From the sequence record DRR723986_2279: DNA of 52,031 nucleotides; one strand, 5' to 3'. Below are positions 21,910 through 31,007 of the stretch, one piece after another. Position 1 is the first letter of the stretch. Each line of letters starts with the position of its first letter. The position numbers and the translations under genes are program-made. Below the pieces are notes generated by a model. That model had not been told where the DNA came from and did not search any database. It saw nothing but the letters and a program-made list of their open reading frames with translations.

Positions 21910-23370
21910 TCACAACTTGATGCACACGTTTTTCATTTCGGTGTAGAACTCCAGCGAGTGAACCCCACCCTCGCGGCCGATTCCCGACTGCTTGCTGCCA
22001 CCGAACGGTGTGCGCAGGTCGCGCAGGAACCAGCTGTTCACCCAGACGATGCCCGCTTCAACCTGTCCGGCAACGCGGTGGGCGCGGCTGACGTTCTCTG
22101 TCCAGATTGCCGATGCCAGACCATAGGGGAGGCTGTTCGCCAGGGCGATGGCCTCTTCTTCGGTGTCGAAGGGACGAACGTGGCAACAGGGGCCGAATAT
22201 TTCTTCGGTGACAACGGCGGAGTCATCCGGCAGGCCTGTCCAGATCGTCGGCTGCACCCAGGCGCCTCCCGCCAACGCGGCGGGCATATCCGGCACGCCA
22301 CCACCCGTAACGACCGTAGCGCCGTCTTCTACCGCTTTCTGGTAGTAAGACATCACCTTGTCGCGGTGTTTGTGGCTGACCAGCGGGCCGAGGTTGGCAG
22401 CCGCGTCCTCCGGCGGGCCAATTTTCAGCCCCTCCGCCGCCGCTTTCAGCCTGGTGACAAACTCGTCAAAAATGGCGCGCTCAACATAGACGCGCTCGGT
22501 GCCCAGACACACCTGCCCGCAGTTGGCGAAGGCGGAGCGCATGGTGCCTTCAATGGCCTTGTCCATATCACAGTCGGCAAATACCAGCCCGGCGTTTTTA
22601 CCACCCAGCTCCAGCGAAATATCGCGAATGCCTCTGGCAGCCGATTTCATAATGACTTCGCCTGTGCTGGTTTCGCCGGTAAAGGTAAACCCATCCACAT
22701 CCGGGTGCTCGGTTAGAAACGCGCCCGCCGAATCGCCGCCAAAGCCGTGAACCACGTTGTACACGCCTGCGGGCACACCGGCTTCGTTCATCACCTCACC
22801 CAACAGCGCGGTGGTGGTGGGGGTTTCCTCCGAGGGCTTCACAACCACGGTGTTACCGCAGGCCAGTGCCGGACCGACCTTCCAGGTCATCAGCAGCAGT
22901 GGCAGGTTCCAGGGACTGATCACGCCGATCACGCCCTTGGGACGACGCACGGCATAGTTGAGCGCGCCGGTACCGTCTGGGGTCGCCATCTCGAAGGACT
23001 CTGTCGGCACGTTCTTCACCATGTCGGCAAACACCTTGAAGTTGGCCGCGCCACGAGGAATATCAATATGGCTGGCCATCGACCGGGGTTTGCCGGTATC
23101 GCGGCACTCGGCCTCCAGAAACTCTTCGAAGCGGGCGTTAATGCCGTCGGCCACCTTGTGCAAAATCCGGGTGCGTTCATCCAGAGTCATTCGCCCCCAG
23201 GGGCCGTGCAGGGCCGCGCGGGCCGCTTTCACAGCGGCATCCACTTCCTCGCGCCCGGCTTCGTGAACCCGGCTGATCAGCTCGCCGTTGGCCGGGTTCA
23301 CATTGTCGAACAGCTGCCCGCTGGCGGAGCCGACATACTGTCCGTTGATGAAATGCTTAACGTCATTCAT
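21910..23370 (-). CDS. dmpC: 2-hydroxymuconic semialdehyde dehydrogenase
   Basis: SPWNLPLLL, LELGGKN, NCGQVCL, EEIFGP. Confidence 0.95.
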   Translation of the reverse strand: MNDVKHFINGQYVGSASGQLFDNVNPANGELISRVHEAGREEVDAAVKAARAALHGPWGRMTLDERTRILHKVADGINARFEEFLEAECRDTGKPRSMASHIDIPRGAANFKVFADMVKNVPTESFEMATPDGTGALNYAVRRPKGVIGVISPWNLPLLLMTWKVGPALACGNTVVVKPSEETPTTTALLGEVMNEAGVPAGVYNVVHGFGGDSAGAFLTEHPDVDGFTFTGETSTGEVIMKSAARGIRDISLELGGKNAGLVFADCDMDKAIEGTMRSAFANCGQVCLGTERVYVERAIFDEFVTRLKAAAEGLKIGPPEDAAANLGPLVSHKHRDKVMSYYQKAVEDGATVVTGGGVPDMPAALAGGAWVQPTIWTGLPDDSAVVTEEIFGPCCHVRPFDTEEEAIALANSLPYGLASAIWTENVSRAHRVAGQVEAGIVWVNSWFLRDLRTPFGGSKQSGIGREGGVHSLEFYTEMKNVCIKL

Positions 23371-23398
23371 TACTGAATAATCCTGTGCTGGTTCTTGA

Positions 23399-24322
23399 TC
23401 AGGTGAGTACGGTCAGGAATCGCTCGTTCAGCTGGCGGTCGTGATAGAAGATCGCCTTGCCCAGTTGCTCCGCCTGCCAGGTGGTGGGCTTGTGATCGGG
23501 GTAGATGTAGTCACCGCCGCAGAACACTTCGTTGCGGTTGCCCGAAGAGTCGAAGAAGTAAATGGTTTTGCCGTGAGTCAGGCCGTGGCGGGTGGGGCCG
23601 ATATCAATCGAGGTATCGGTCATGGTAATCAGATCGGCCGCGCGCAGAATGTCTTCCCAGGTTTCGAGGAAAAACGACGCATGGTGGAACATGCCTTTTT
23701 CCTCGTGGTGGATAAACGCCACATCGTGCGCCTTGGTAGACAGGGTCAGGAACTGGGCAATGCGGTTGCCGTCCGGTTCCAGCACCTGCTCGGCCAGATA
23801 AAAGCCCAGTACATCCACAAACAGATCGTAGGTGGCCTGCAACTCGGGGCCATACAGCAGGCAGTGGTCAAAACGCACCGCTTTCATGCCTTTCAAACCA
23901 CGCGGCCAGGCCTCGGGGTTGATCTCGCTCACACCCCACTTGCCCAGATATTTCTTCTCACAGAACAGCTCAAAGCTGTGGCCTGAGGGCGATACAAAAC
24001 GCACCCGGCGCCCGCAGTCTTTCAAGTCGCCTGCCGGTACCTGTTCCAGCTCGACGCCATAGGCCTCAAGGTCGCGCTCCAGTTGCTGCAAGCTGGCTTC
24101 GTCTACCACCTTGAAGCCCATAAAATCCATGCCCGGTTCGTCGGCCGGACGCAGGACTACCGAAAACTTGTCTACTTCAGTCCAGGCTTTCAGATACACC
24201 CGGCCCTGTTCGTCGCGGTCGGTTTCGATCAGCCCCAACAGCTCCGTGTAGTGTTTGACTGCCGCATCCATATCAAGAACGCGAATTTGAACGTGCCCTG
24301 GGCGCATTACACCTTTTTTCAT
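23399..24322 (-). CDS. dmpB: Catechol 2,3-dioxygenase (XylE/DmpB, subfamily I.2.A)
   Basis: [42 protein letters not shown]. Confidence 0.97.
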   Translation of the reverse strand: MKKGVMRPGHVQIRVLDMDAAVKHYTELLGLIETDRDEQGRVYLKAWTEVDKFSVVLRPADEPGMDFMGFKVVDEASLQQLERDLEAYGVELEQVPAGDLKDCGRRVRFVSPSGHSFELFCEKKYLGKWGVSEINPEAWPRGLKGMKAVRFDHCLLYGPELQATYDLFVDVLGFYLAEQVLEPDGNRIAQFLTLSTKAHDVAFIHHEEKGMFHHASFFLETWEDILRAADLITMTDTSIDIGPTRHGLTHGKTIYFFDSSGNRNEVFCGGDYIYPDHKPTTWQAEQLGKAIFYHDRQLNERFLTVLT

Positions 24323-24327
24323 ATCAG

Positions 24328-24660
24328 TTACCTCAACGCTTTTATTGTTGTGTGTTTCTCAAAGGACGCCGCCGCTTGGGGACGGCACTCAATAATCAGA
24401 TCAGTCAGCGGGTAGACGCGGCAGGCCAGCACTTCGCCCTGCTCCACAGCCTCGGGAGGCGCGTGAACCCGACTCATTTTTCCGCACTCGAACTGGCCTT
24501 CCAGCACCTTGACCTTGCAGAAGCCGCAGCCACCGCCCCGGCAACCTACCGGCACGCAGCGCATACCGTTTTGCTCCATTGCCTTGAGCACGCTCTGCGC
24601 CGCCTCGCAGTCAAAGCTCTGGCCGCTGCACTGTTCTAAAACGCGAAATACTCTGCCCAT
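24328..24660 (-). CDS. dmpQ: XylT/DmpQ [2Fe-2S] ferredoxin (C23O reactivation)
   Basis: [10 protein letters not shown]...LAC, directly upstream of C23O. Confidence 0.92.
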   Translation of the reverse strand: MGRVFRVLEQCSGQSFDCEAAQSVLKAMEQNGMRCVPVGCRGGGCGFCKVKVLEGQFECGKMSRVHAPPEAVEQGEVLACRVYPLTDLIIECRPQAAASFEKHTTIKALR

Positions 24661-24671
24661 GACGGCTCCCG

Positions 24672-25733
24672 CTATATCTTCTTGAACAGGGCTGAACGCT
24701 GGGCCTCACCCGCGCCATCAGCGGCGGTCAGGAAGCGCTCCATGAAAATGTCGCGCTCGAACAACCGCCCCTGCATCAGCGCGGTAATCGCAGCATCAAT
24801 CATGGGCGGCGGGCCGCAGAGGTAAGCTTTATGACCGGCAAAGCGCCCATCGAAATGCGCCTTGGCAGCTTCGTGAACAAAGCCCTTAAAGCCCTGCCAT
24901 TCACTCCCCTCGTCGACATCGCTTAACGCCGGTACATAGCTAAAGTTTTCATGCTCGCGTTGCAGCGCCTCGAACAACTCGCGGTTGTAGAGTTCGTCGA
25001 GGTTGCGCGCCCCCTGGAATAACGTGATCTGACGGGAATCATTGCTCTCGAGTAATTCAAGAATCATCGACTGCGGGCTGGATAGCCCCGAGCCGCCGGC
25101 AATGAAAATCAGGTCGCCGTCCTGGGAATTACGCACAAAGAACTGTCCGTAGGGGCCCGACAGATTTACCTCGTCGCCGACCTTTAATTGATTGTGCAGG
25201 TAACCCGTTGCCGCGCCGCCTTCAACAAGACGTATATGCAGCTCCACTTCGTCGGCCTTGCTAGGCGGGTTTGCAAGGGAAAAGGCTCTGGGTCCATCGA
25301 CACCCGGTAGTTCGAGGTTGATGTACTGCCCGGCCTGAAACGTCATGCCACGATCCAGCTTTAGGTGAATGCCTTTTATCGTTGGCGACAGGTCGACAAT
25401 GCGGCTAACCGTTGCGCAATAATCCTCAACGGCGTAGCCCTCAAAATCCGGATCGACATCGATATCCGCTTCGATCACCACATCACTTTCTACGGTGGCG
25501 CAGCACGCTAATACCTTGCCTTCGTCTCGCTCCACATCCATTAGCGCGAAGGGCGAGGCGTCACCCACTTCGACATCGCCCTCCAGCACCTGTACCTTGC
25601 ACGTTGCACAGGTGCCGTGGCCGCAGGCGAAGGGCAGCCAGACACCCTGGCGCAACGCGGCTTGAAGAATGGTCTGGCCTTCTTCGACATCAATCTGTTC
25701 ACCAATAGGTTCGATGGTTACGGTATGCGTCAT
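24672..25733 (-). CDS. dmpP: Phenol hydroxylase reductase
   Basis: CGHGTCATC, RAFSLAN, GGSGLS, YLCGPP. Confidence 0.95.
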   Translation of the reverse strand: MTHTVTIEPIGEQIDVEEGQTILQAALRQGVWLPFACGHGTCATCKVQVLEGDVEVGDASPFALMDVERDEGKVLACCATVESDVVIEADIDVDPDFEGYAVEDYCATVSRIVDLSPTIKGIHLKLDRGMTFQAGQYINLELPGVDGPRAFSLANPPSKADEVELHIRLVEGGAATGYLHNQLKVGDEVNLSGPYGQFFVRNSQDGDLIFIAGGSGLSSPQSMILELLESNDSRQITLFQGARNLDELYNRELFEALQREHENFSYVPALSDVDEGSEWQGFKGFVHEAAKAHFDGRFAGHKAYLCGPPPMIDAAITALMQGRLFERDIFMERFLTAADGAGEAQRSALFKKI

Positions 25734-25743
25734 GACAATTTCC

Positions 25744-26103
25744 TCACGAAGCCGAGCCATCGATGCCATTAAGGCCGTCGGTGCGCACAGTCAAAATACT
25801 TTTGTGATCAATGCCACTTTCACTCAACGATGCCGACATATCCGGAGAAAACGGCGCATCATTCAGCGTCCACTGCGCATTCGCAAAATCTGCTTTTGCA
25901 GCGTCGGGGTGCGCGGCAACCGCAGGTGAAAGAATCGTTTCGACAAAGTCACCGAACGGCATCTCCGGTGGCACCAGAAAGGCAAAAGGTGCGCAAAACA
26001 GTAAGTGATTGGGCCAACAAACATAGAGCAACTGCATGCCATGAAAGTTGTCGACCTTGTCCTTGGGTTCAAACGTGTAGTCGTATTTAGCTTTTACGCT
26101 CAT
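25744..26103 (-). CDS. dmpO: Phenol hydroxylase gamma subunit
   Basis: D..DNFHG.QLLY..W..HLLFCAP. Confidence 0.92.
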   Translation of the reverse strand: MSVKAKYDYTFEPKDKVDNFHGMQLLYVCWPNHLLFCAPFAFLVPPEMPFGDFVETILSPAVAAHPDAAKADFANAQWTLNDAPFSPDMSASLSESGIDHKSILTVRTDGLNGIDGSAS

Positions 26104-26127
26104 AGGGGTCACCATTTTTATTGTTTC

Positions 26128-26169
26128 AAAAGGCGATTGCCCGGCATCGCTCCATACCGGGCAGCCGCC
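26128..26169 (-). terminator. Intra-operon hairpin / weak terminator between dmpN and dmpO
   Basis: Minus strand GGCGGCTGCCCGGTAT-GGAGCG-ATGCCGGGCAATCGCC followed by TTTT. Confidence 0.5.
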
Positions 26170-26172
26170 AAA

Positions 26173-27723
26173 TCAGGCCGCGTCCTGGCCGGATGAATCC
26201 GCGTTATTGTTACCGGGAGCTTGTCCCTTGATAGAGAGCCAGCGACGATAGTCCGGCGAGTCGAGGTACTCGAAATTATCGGCACCCGGTTTGATGTGGT
26301 AGTACTCAGAGACCACCGTCTCCACATCGGCCCCACCGCAGTTGCCCTGATAGATTTGATGAACGGGGAGCCAGGCCTGAATATATTTCTCAGGCTCGTT
26401 GTTGAAGATGTCGCAGCAGCCATCTGAACAGAAGTGGTATCTCTCACCTTTATATTCTGTCTGGCGGATGCTGAAAGTGGTCGGTTCGTCTTTCTCGGTA
26501 AAGATGACGGGGATCTGGCAGACCTGACACAGCTGCGGCAGGGTGTTGTTGTAGAAACGGCGCCCCTCGGCATGCTCGTTTCTCAAATACTCGAAACGCG
26601 GGCGGTAGTACTTGTCGAAGGTGTCGGGATACTTCTCTGACAGCCAAGCCATTTCCTCTTCGTCGGGCATCCAGGTGTGGAAGTTGGTGGCATGACTGTA
26701 CTGGTAGAAAGTCGACCAGGTTTGGTGGCTGACGTGGTGCTTGGCGTCGTTGGCAACATCCTGATAGTTGGGCGGACGAATGCCGTAGCGCTCAAGGTCT
26801 TTGAACAGGGCGCCACCATTTTGCTCGTAGTACACCTCCCAAGCCTCCGCCCAGGACATCACTTTGTTCGGCAGCATGTAGTCCATCATCATGCCTACCA
26901 GGCTCAGCAGGCGGAATCCGCGCCAGAACCACTTGTCGATCCACTGCTGAATAATCGGCACGTTGTCTTCGTGCTGCTCAAGAATGAACTTGATGACTTC
27001 CAGCCCCAGCGTCATGTGACGCGCCTCATCCGACTGGGCAGAGAAGCCGAAGGTAACGGTTGCCATGTCGCCGTTGTAGGCCGCACCCGACATAAAGGGC
27101 ACAAACAGCAGGTTGGTCAGCACATATTCGAAGGAGAAAGAAATCGCCGTCAGGAACTCGAAGGGACCTGCGGAACGGGCATCGTCAAAGAAAGACTTTG
27201 GCACTGACAGGAACCACACGCGGTCGTGCATGTGCGCGCCGTCGTGCAAGCCGTTAAAGTGCTTGTTGTAGTGACTCATGGCGTGCTGCTGAGTCTGTGA
27301 GTGGCGCAGCTCGTCGATGGCCTGCATCTGACAGGCAACACGGGCACCGGCGCCGCTGAACTGACGACCCACTTTTGCATAACCCTGAAAAGCGGCGTGT
27401 TCAAGGGGCGATACCCCGCTGAGGAACAGTTTCAGCGCGTTTACATAGCGGGCATCGGAAATATTCTGGTGGCCGTTGTTCTGGGCAAAGGCGTCAAAAA
27501 TGGCGTACAGCTTTTTCTCTTTTTCCGCCTGGTATTTCCAGTAGGCATCCATCGTCAGGCGGAACGGGTCTTCCCACTGCGACCAGTCGGTAATTTTGAT
27601 CCCTTCAAACTGTTCGTCGGGGAAAATATCTTCTTTCTTCTGGTAGGACGGCTCCCAGGCCATGTCCCGCGTCAGGTACTGGTATTTGTCTTTAAGATTC
27701 AGTTTCTTCTGCTTGATGCTCAT
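26173..27723 (-). CDS. dmpN: Phenol hydroxylase alpha (large, diiron) subunit
   Basis: WEDPFRLTMDAY, DELRH and DEARH diiron motifs, YHFCSDGC. Confidence 0.97.
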   Translation of the reverse strand: MSIKQKKLNLKDKYQYLTRDMAWEPSYQKKEDIFPDEQFEGIKITDWSQWEDPFRLTMDAYWKYQAEKEKKLYAIFDAFAQNNGHQNISDARYVNALKLFLSGVSPLEHAAFQGYAKVGRQFSGAGARVACQMQAIDELRHSQTQQHAMSHYNKHFNGLHDGAHMHDRVWFLSVPKSFFDDARSAGPFEFLTAISFSFEYVLTNLLFVPFMSGAAYNGDMATVTFGFSAQSDEARHMTLGLEVIKFILEQHEDNVPIIQQWIDKWFWRGFRLLSLVGMMMDYMLPNKVMSWAEAWEVYYEQNGGALFKDLERYGIRPPNYQDVANDAKHHVSHQTWSTFYQYSHATNFHTWMPDEEEMAWLSEKYPDTFDKYYRPRFEYLRNEHAEGRRFYNNTLPQLCQVCQIPVIFTEKDEPTTFSIRQTEYKGERYHFCSDGCCDIFNNEPEKYIQAWLPVHQIYQGNCGGADVETVVSEYYHIKPGADNFEYLDSPDYRRWLSIKGQAPGNNNADSSGQDAA

Positions 27724-27737
27724 TATTCTTCTCCCGA

Positions 27738-28007
27738 TCAATTCCACTGCAAAATAAAGTGGTCGTCGTCTTCGTCCACGTTGCCGCCGATACTGATGAC
27801 ATCCACCAGCATTTCCTGCACATCCCAGTCGCGGCCGAGTTTTTCTTCCATCGTCTCACGGTTAATCACCAGTCGTTTTTCCGCCTGAATACGGATCATT
27901 GCGGGCTGGTACTGCACCTCGGCGTGGGGGTTGTCCTCAACCACGGCATCCACCAGATAACGGGCGTTGTCGTTGTCCTGAAAGGCGATAAATACGAGCT
28001 GGCTCAT
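27738..28007 (-). CDS. dmpM: Phenol hydroxylase regulatory/effector component
   Basis: VFIAFQDND.AR..V.A...DNP MmoB/DmpM pattern. Confidence 0.94.
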   Translation of the reverse strand: MSQLVFIAFQDNDNARYLVDAVVEDNPHAEVQYQPAMIRIQAEKRLVINRETMEEKLGRDWDVQEMLVDVISIGGNVDEDDDHFILQWN

Positions 28008-29005
28008 GCGGAAACTCCCTGGCTGTTGAGACCGAATTTACTGAGGCGCGCCGCAAGCTGGGCGCGGGTTTCGTCCAGTGCCTCAAGGCCGGAAGTGGCT
28101 TCGGCAAGAGGGGTGAGGGCCTGGTAGATTTGCGGTTCCCACTGATTGATCCAGGCTTGCAGCTGCTCGCGGTTGGCATCGCTTTCGCCAGCAACCGCCT
28201 TGACCATAGCGTTAGTCCAGCGCAGCGAATCCTTGTACCAGTCGCGCATAAACTCGGTGAGCATCGACACATCTTCCGCGCCCTGCTCTCCCAGCCATTG
28301 ATCCATCTTGTCGTACACCAGCGGGTAGAGCAGGCCGTCGATCAGCACGTTCTGCACCAGCGTCAGCTCAAACCAGTCGTGAACCACCAGCGTGTCTTCC
28401 ACCAGCTTGCGCAAGGGCTGCCACAGCGCGTCATCCATCCAGAAGGTTTTGGATTCATCCAGACCCGCGCCGGTGCTGCCGTCAATCAGCAGCGCAATGC
28501 GCGACAAGTACTGACCAATCCCCAGCCGGTCCATCGCCTGATACATGTGCAGCTGCGCCACAGTGGTAGCGGTAGCATCACCGGCTACCATGCTGTTATT
28601 CATATTCGCGCCCAGTTCAACGTGGCGCAGTGGCACCAGCAAACGTAGCAGCTGCTGCTGGGTGGCGTCCGGCAGGCGGCCCAGCAGATTGCGCTTGTCG
28701 CAGAAGGCAAAGCTACTTTCCGCCGCTTCCTGCATTTTGGCGCGGTTGCCCACATAGGCGCCGTAGTAGAACTGGCGCGGATCAGACACGGCATACCAGT
28801 CTTCCATACGAATGGCCGTGCGCTCAGGGTCGTTGAGGGTGTGCTCGGCATCCCACAGCGGGCGGTAGTGGAAGTTGGTCTTCGCCTCCAGATCGTAGCT
28901 GGCCTCCTGATAGCGGGTAGCCGGCTTGTCGCCAAAGCGACGGGCAATATGGGCATACGTCTGGCGGATCGGCTCCACCGCGTGCGTCTTGATTTCTATA
29001 CTCAT
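28004..29005 (-). CDS. dmpL: Phenol hydroxylase beta subunit
   Basis: RRFGDKPATRYQEA, NFHYRP, DPRQFYY. Confidence 0.95.
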   Translation of the reverse strand: MSIEIKTHAVEPIRQTYAHIARRFGDKPATRYQEASYDLEAKTNFHYRPLWDAEHTLNDPERTAIRMEDWYAVSDPRQFYYGAYVGNRAKMQEAAESSFAFCDKRNLLGRLPDATQQQLLRLLVPLRHVELGANMNNSMVAGDATATTVAQLHMYQAMDRLGIGQYLSRIALLIDGSTGAGLDESKTFWMDDALWQPLRKLVEDTLVVHDWFELTLVQNVLIDGLLYPLVYDKMDQWLGEQGAEDVSMLTEFMRDWYKDSLRWTNAMVKAVAGESDANREQLQAWINQWEPQIYQALTPLAEATSGLEALDETRAQLAARLSKFGLNSQGVSA

Positions 29006-29064
29006 GCTAAATCCCGTTATTGGTTTTATGGTTTTCAGTATGTTGAAGGCTTAATCGCGGTAAT

Positions 29065-29322
29065 TTAATAACGTTTGCCTTTCTCCCCAAAACGCCACTT
29101 GATCATGTCTTCATCAATCTGGCGAATGGTGTCGGAGTCCATGTGAACAACTTTATTACGACGACAGAATTCGCCGAAGGCTTCTCTGGGCAAAACCAGC
29201 TCAACGAACAGCTCTGGATGACCAATCGCGAAGTCAAACTCAATAAAATTGTCGGACAAGTTATTCTTAACCCGGACGTACTTAGTTATATCATCAAACC
29301 GCTTAATCAATTTTTGCCTCAA
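29065..29322 (-). CDS. dmpK: Phenol hydroxylase assembly subunit
   Basis: KYVRV, FIEFDFAIGHPELFVELVLP, KWRFG; TTG start. Confidence 0.9.
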   Translation of the reverse strand: MRQKLIKRFDDITKYVRVKNNLSDNFIEFDFAIGHPELFVELVLPREAFGEFCRRNKVVHMDSDTIRQIDEDMIKWRFGEKGKRY

Positions 29323-29351
29323 AAAATTCCAGCTCTCAACAACAGAGGATT

Positions 29352-29368
29352 AGCAAAATCCAGGCCAA
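29352..29368 (-). promoter_or_regulatory. Sigma54 promoter of the dmp operon (Po-like)
   Basis: Minus strand TTGGCCTGGATTTTGCT; IHF-like AATCATATGGTTG at 29383-29395. Confidence 0.8.
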
Positions 29369-29459
29369 CAAAAAAATAATTGCAACCATATGATTTAAAA
29401 GGATTTTATTAAAAATAAAGGAGGGAGATATATGAAAATTCAGGATTACAAAGCTTTTT

Positions 29460-29506
29460 TTCACCAAATGAAAGTCTTATGAATTTTATTTTCATCATTT
29501 GATGCA
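29460..29506. promoter_or_regulatory. Two DmpR/XylR-type UAS
   Basis: TTCACCAAATGAAAGT (29460) and TTCATCATTTGATGCA (29491), 31 bp apart, resembling TTGATCAATTGATCAA. Confidence 0.65.
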
Positions 29507-29541
29507 ATACGAGACTATCATTTTTTAGATTTGAAGATTCC

Positions 29542-29574
29542 AAAAAAAGCTTGGCCGACTAAGTCGGCCAAGCT
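29542..29574 (-). terminator. Rho-independent terminator of the tmo-transport operon
   Basis: Perfect inverted repeat AGCTTGGCCGACT-A-AGTCGGCCAAGCT with a T7 run on the minus strand. Confidence 0.85.
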
Positions 29575-29584
29575 CGGTTATTTT

Positions 29585-30991
29585 TTAACGATAATCTCGA
29601 AGACGATCAATATTAAATAACGCTGGAGCAGGTTCGCCTTTATTAACGGCATCCCAATCACTCTCCACAATCAGATGGGTCAACCTTTTGTTGATTGGGT
29701 TCCATTCGATAACGTTTTTCCACATAGCTCTACCTGTACTTGGCTCAAAATCGCGAGCGTCATCCCACACCCGCCACAGATTGCCTTTTTTATCGTACAT
29801 TTCCTCGTATTGGGCATAGTAATTTTCTTTATCCAAATAAATTACACGTTTTGAATATTGGTACTTGCCCTTCTTATCAACAACTTCAAGCTTCCAAACT
29901 GGACGAAGCTCAAGCTCAATTTTTTTGACATGGCATGATGATTCGTCCATTTCTGCGGGATCGTAAGCGTGCCCTGTTTCAGGTTGCGCCAAGATGAACC
30001 CCTCACCTGTTAAGTTATATTCAAAGTTTTCAGGATCAGTTTTCAACCAGTATGAACGCCACTCGTCCCAGGTGATTTCAAGACCTGCGGCCAGAGGGTC
30101 TTGCCCATCTGAGCCAGTCAAAGTCCGGGTGCGTCTCAGACTTGGAACAAATGCTTTAAAATTATCGTCCTTTTTCGAGTCAGCATAGCGAATCCGCACA
30201 GCAGAAAGACCCGCGATGTCGAAAGGTTTAGTAAAGTAAACAGCCCCTCCTTCGATTGCATCTTTTTGTCCATTTACGCTACCCAGCGGCTCAACTTGAG
30301 TACGTCCATGGAATTTTTGCCAAAAAAGATGTGCTTCATATTGGCGTTCAAGAGAATCAGAAGAGTCACAAACATTAAACCTAACCGGTTTAAACGCCAA
30401 GTTATCAATACTAACACCATGAGCAATGAAATCCCAGTTAGCTTCCAAACCGTTTTTTGGCTTAATAAACGGCAAAGCTGCGCTTTGCGTTAAAAGATGT
30501 TTACCATCCGGAGTTAGTAGATTGCCATCGGCTGTTGCATTGTACTGGATATTATTATCCACAGCCTTTTTTGTCTGCTGAAGAGTACCTTCAGGCATAT
30601 AATAGGAAGAGGTAGGAACAATAACTATTTTATTCCATTTAAACCAATCATTTGACTTAATTCTATCCAATGTAGCTTTCGGTACATATTCTTCCAACCA
30701 TGGGAAGTTTTGATAATTGGATGAATTAATCTCCAGACCAGGCTTCAATTCCGGAGGAAGGTTAGCGTCTTTTACCAATTGGGGAGCGTTGTAACCACGC
30801 AGTTTTGTCCATTCTTCAGACAACGCAACTGCTTTCGGTTGAGAAATCATCTCAACCCATTTCGCATGCCCCTTATCACCTGTTTTTTTTGCAAATTCAC
30901 TCCAATTTTCAACATACTCAGGCAAAGAATATGCATTAATACTGAAAGAGATCGTTGATACTACCAAAAGGTTACGAAATGTATTTATCAT
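29585..30991 (-). CDS. DUF1329-family periplasmic protein (LolA-like), copy 1
   Basis: Signal peptide; PSLRRTRTL, YSKRVIYLD, YDKKGNLWR motifs shared with 49762-51084. Confidence 0.8.
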   Translation of the reverse strand: MINTFRNLLVVSTISFSINAYSLPEYVENWSEFAKKTGDKGHAKWVEMISQPKAVALSEEWTKLRGYNAPQLVKDANLPPELKPGLEINSSNYQNFPWLEEYVPKATLDRIKSNDWFKWNKIVIVPTSSYYMPEGTLQQTKKAVDNNIQYNATADGNLLTPDGKHLLTQSAALPFIKPKNGLEANWDFIAHGVSIDNLAFKPVRFNVCDSSDSLERQYEAHLFWQKFHGRTQVEPLGSVNGQKDAIEGGAVYFTKPFDIAGLSAVRIRYADSKKDDNFKAFVPSLRRTRTLTGSDGQDPLAAGLEITWDEWRSYWLKTDPENFEYNLTGEGFILAQPETGHAYDPAEMDESSCHVKKIELELRPVWKLEVVDKKGKYQYSKRVIYLDKENYYAQYEEMYDKKGNLWRVWDDARDFEPSTGRAMWKNVIEWNPINKRLTHLIVESDWDAVNKGEPAPALFNIDRLRDYR

Positions 30992-31007
30992 TATTTAACT
31001 CCTGCCA

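Noticed and set aside
18526-23376. Long plus-strand ORFs (e.g. 19217-20590, 20973-21920, 21889-22716)
   Set aside because: Antisense shadows of well-supported GC-rich dmp genes; no recognisable motifs
26441-26449. 9-nt complementarity between RNA copy 1 (CTCTCACCT) and dmpN mRNA
   Set aside because: Too short, mid-CDS, partly within a hairpin and not conserved in copy 2
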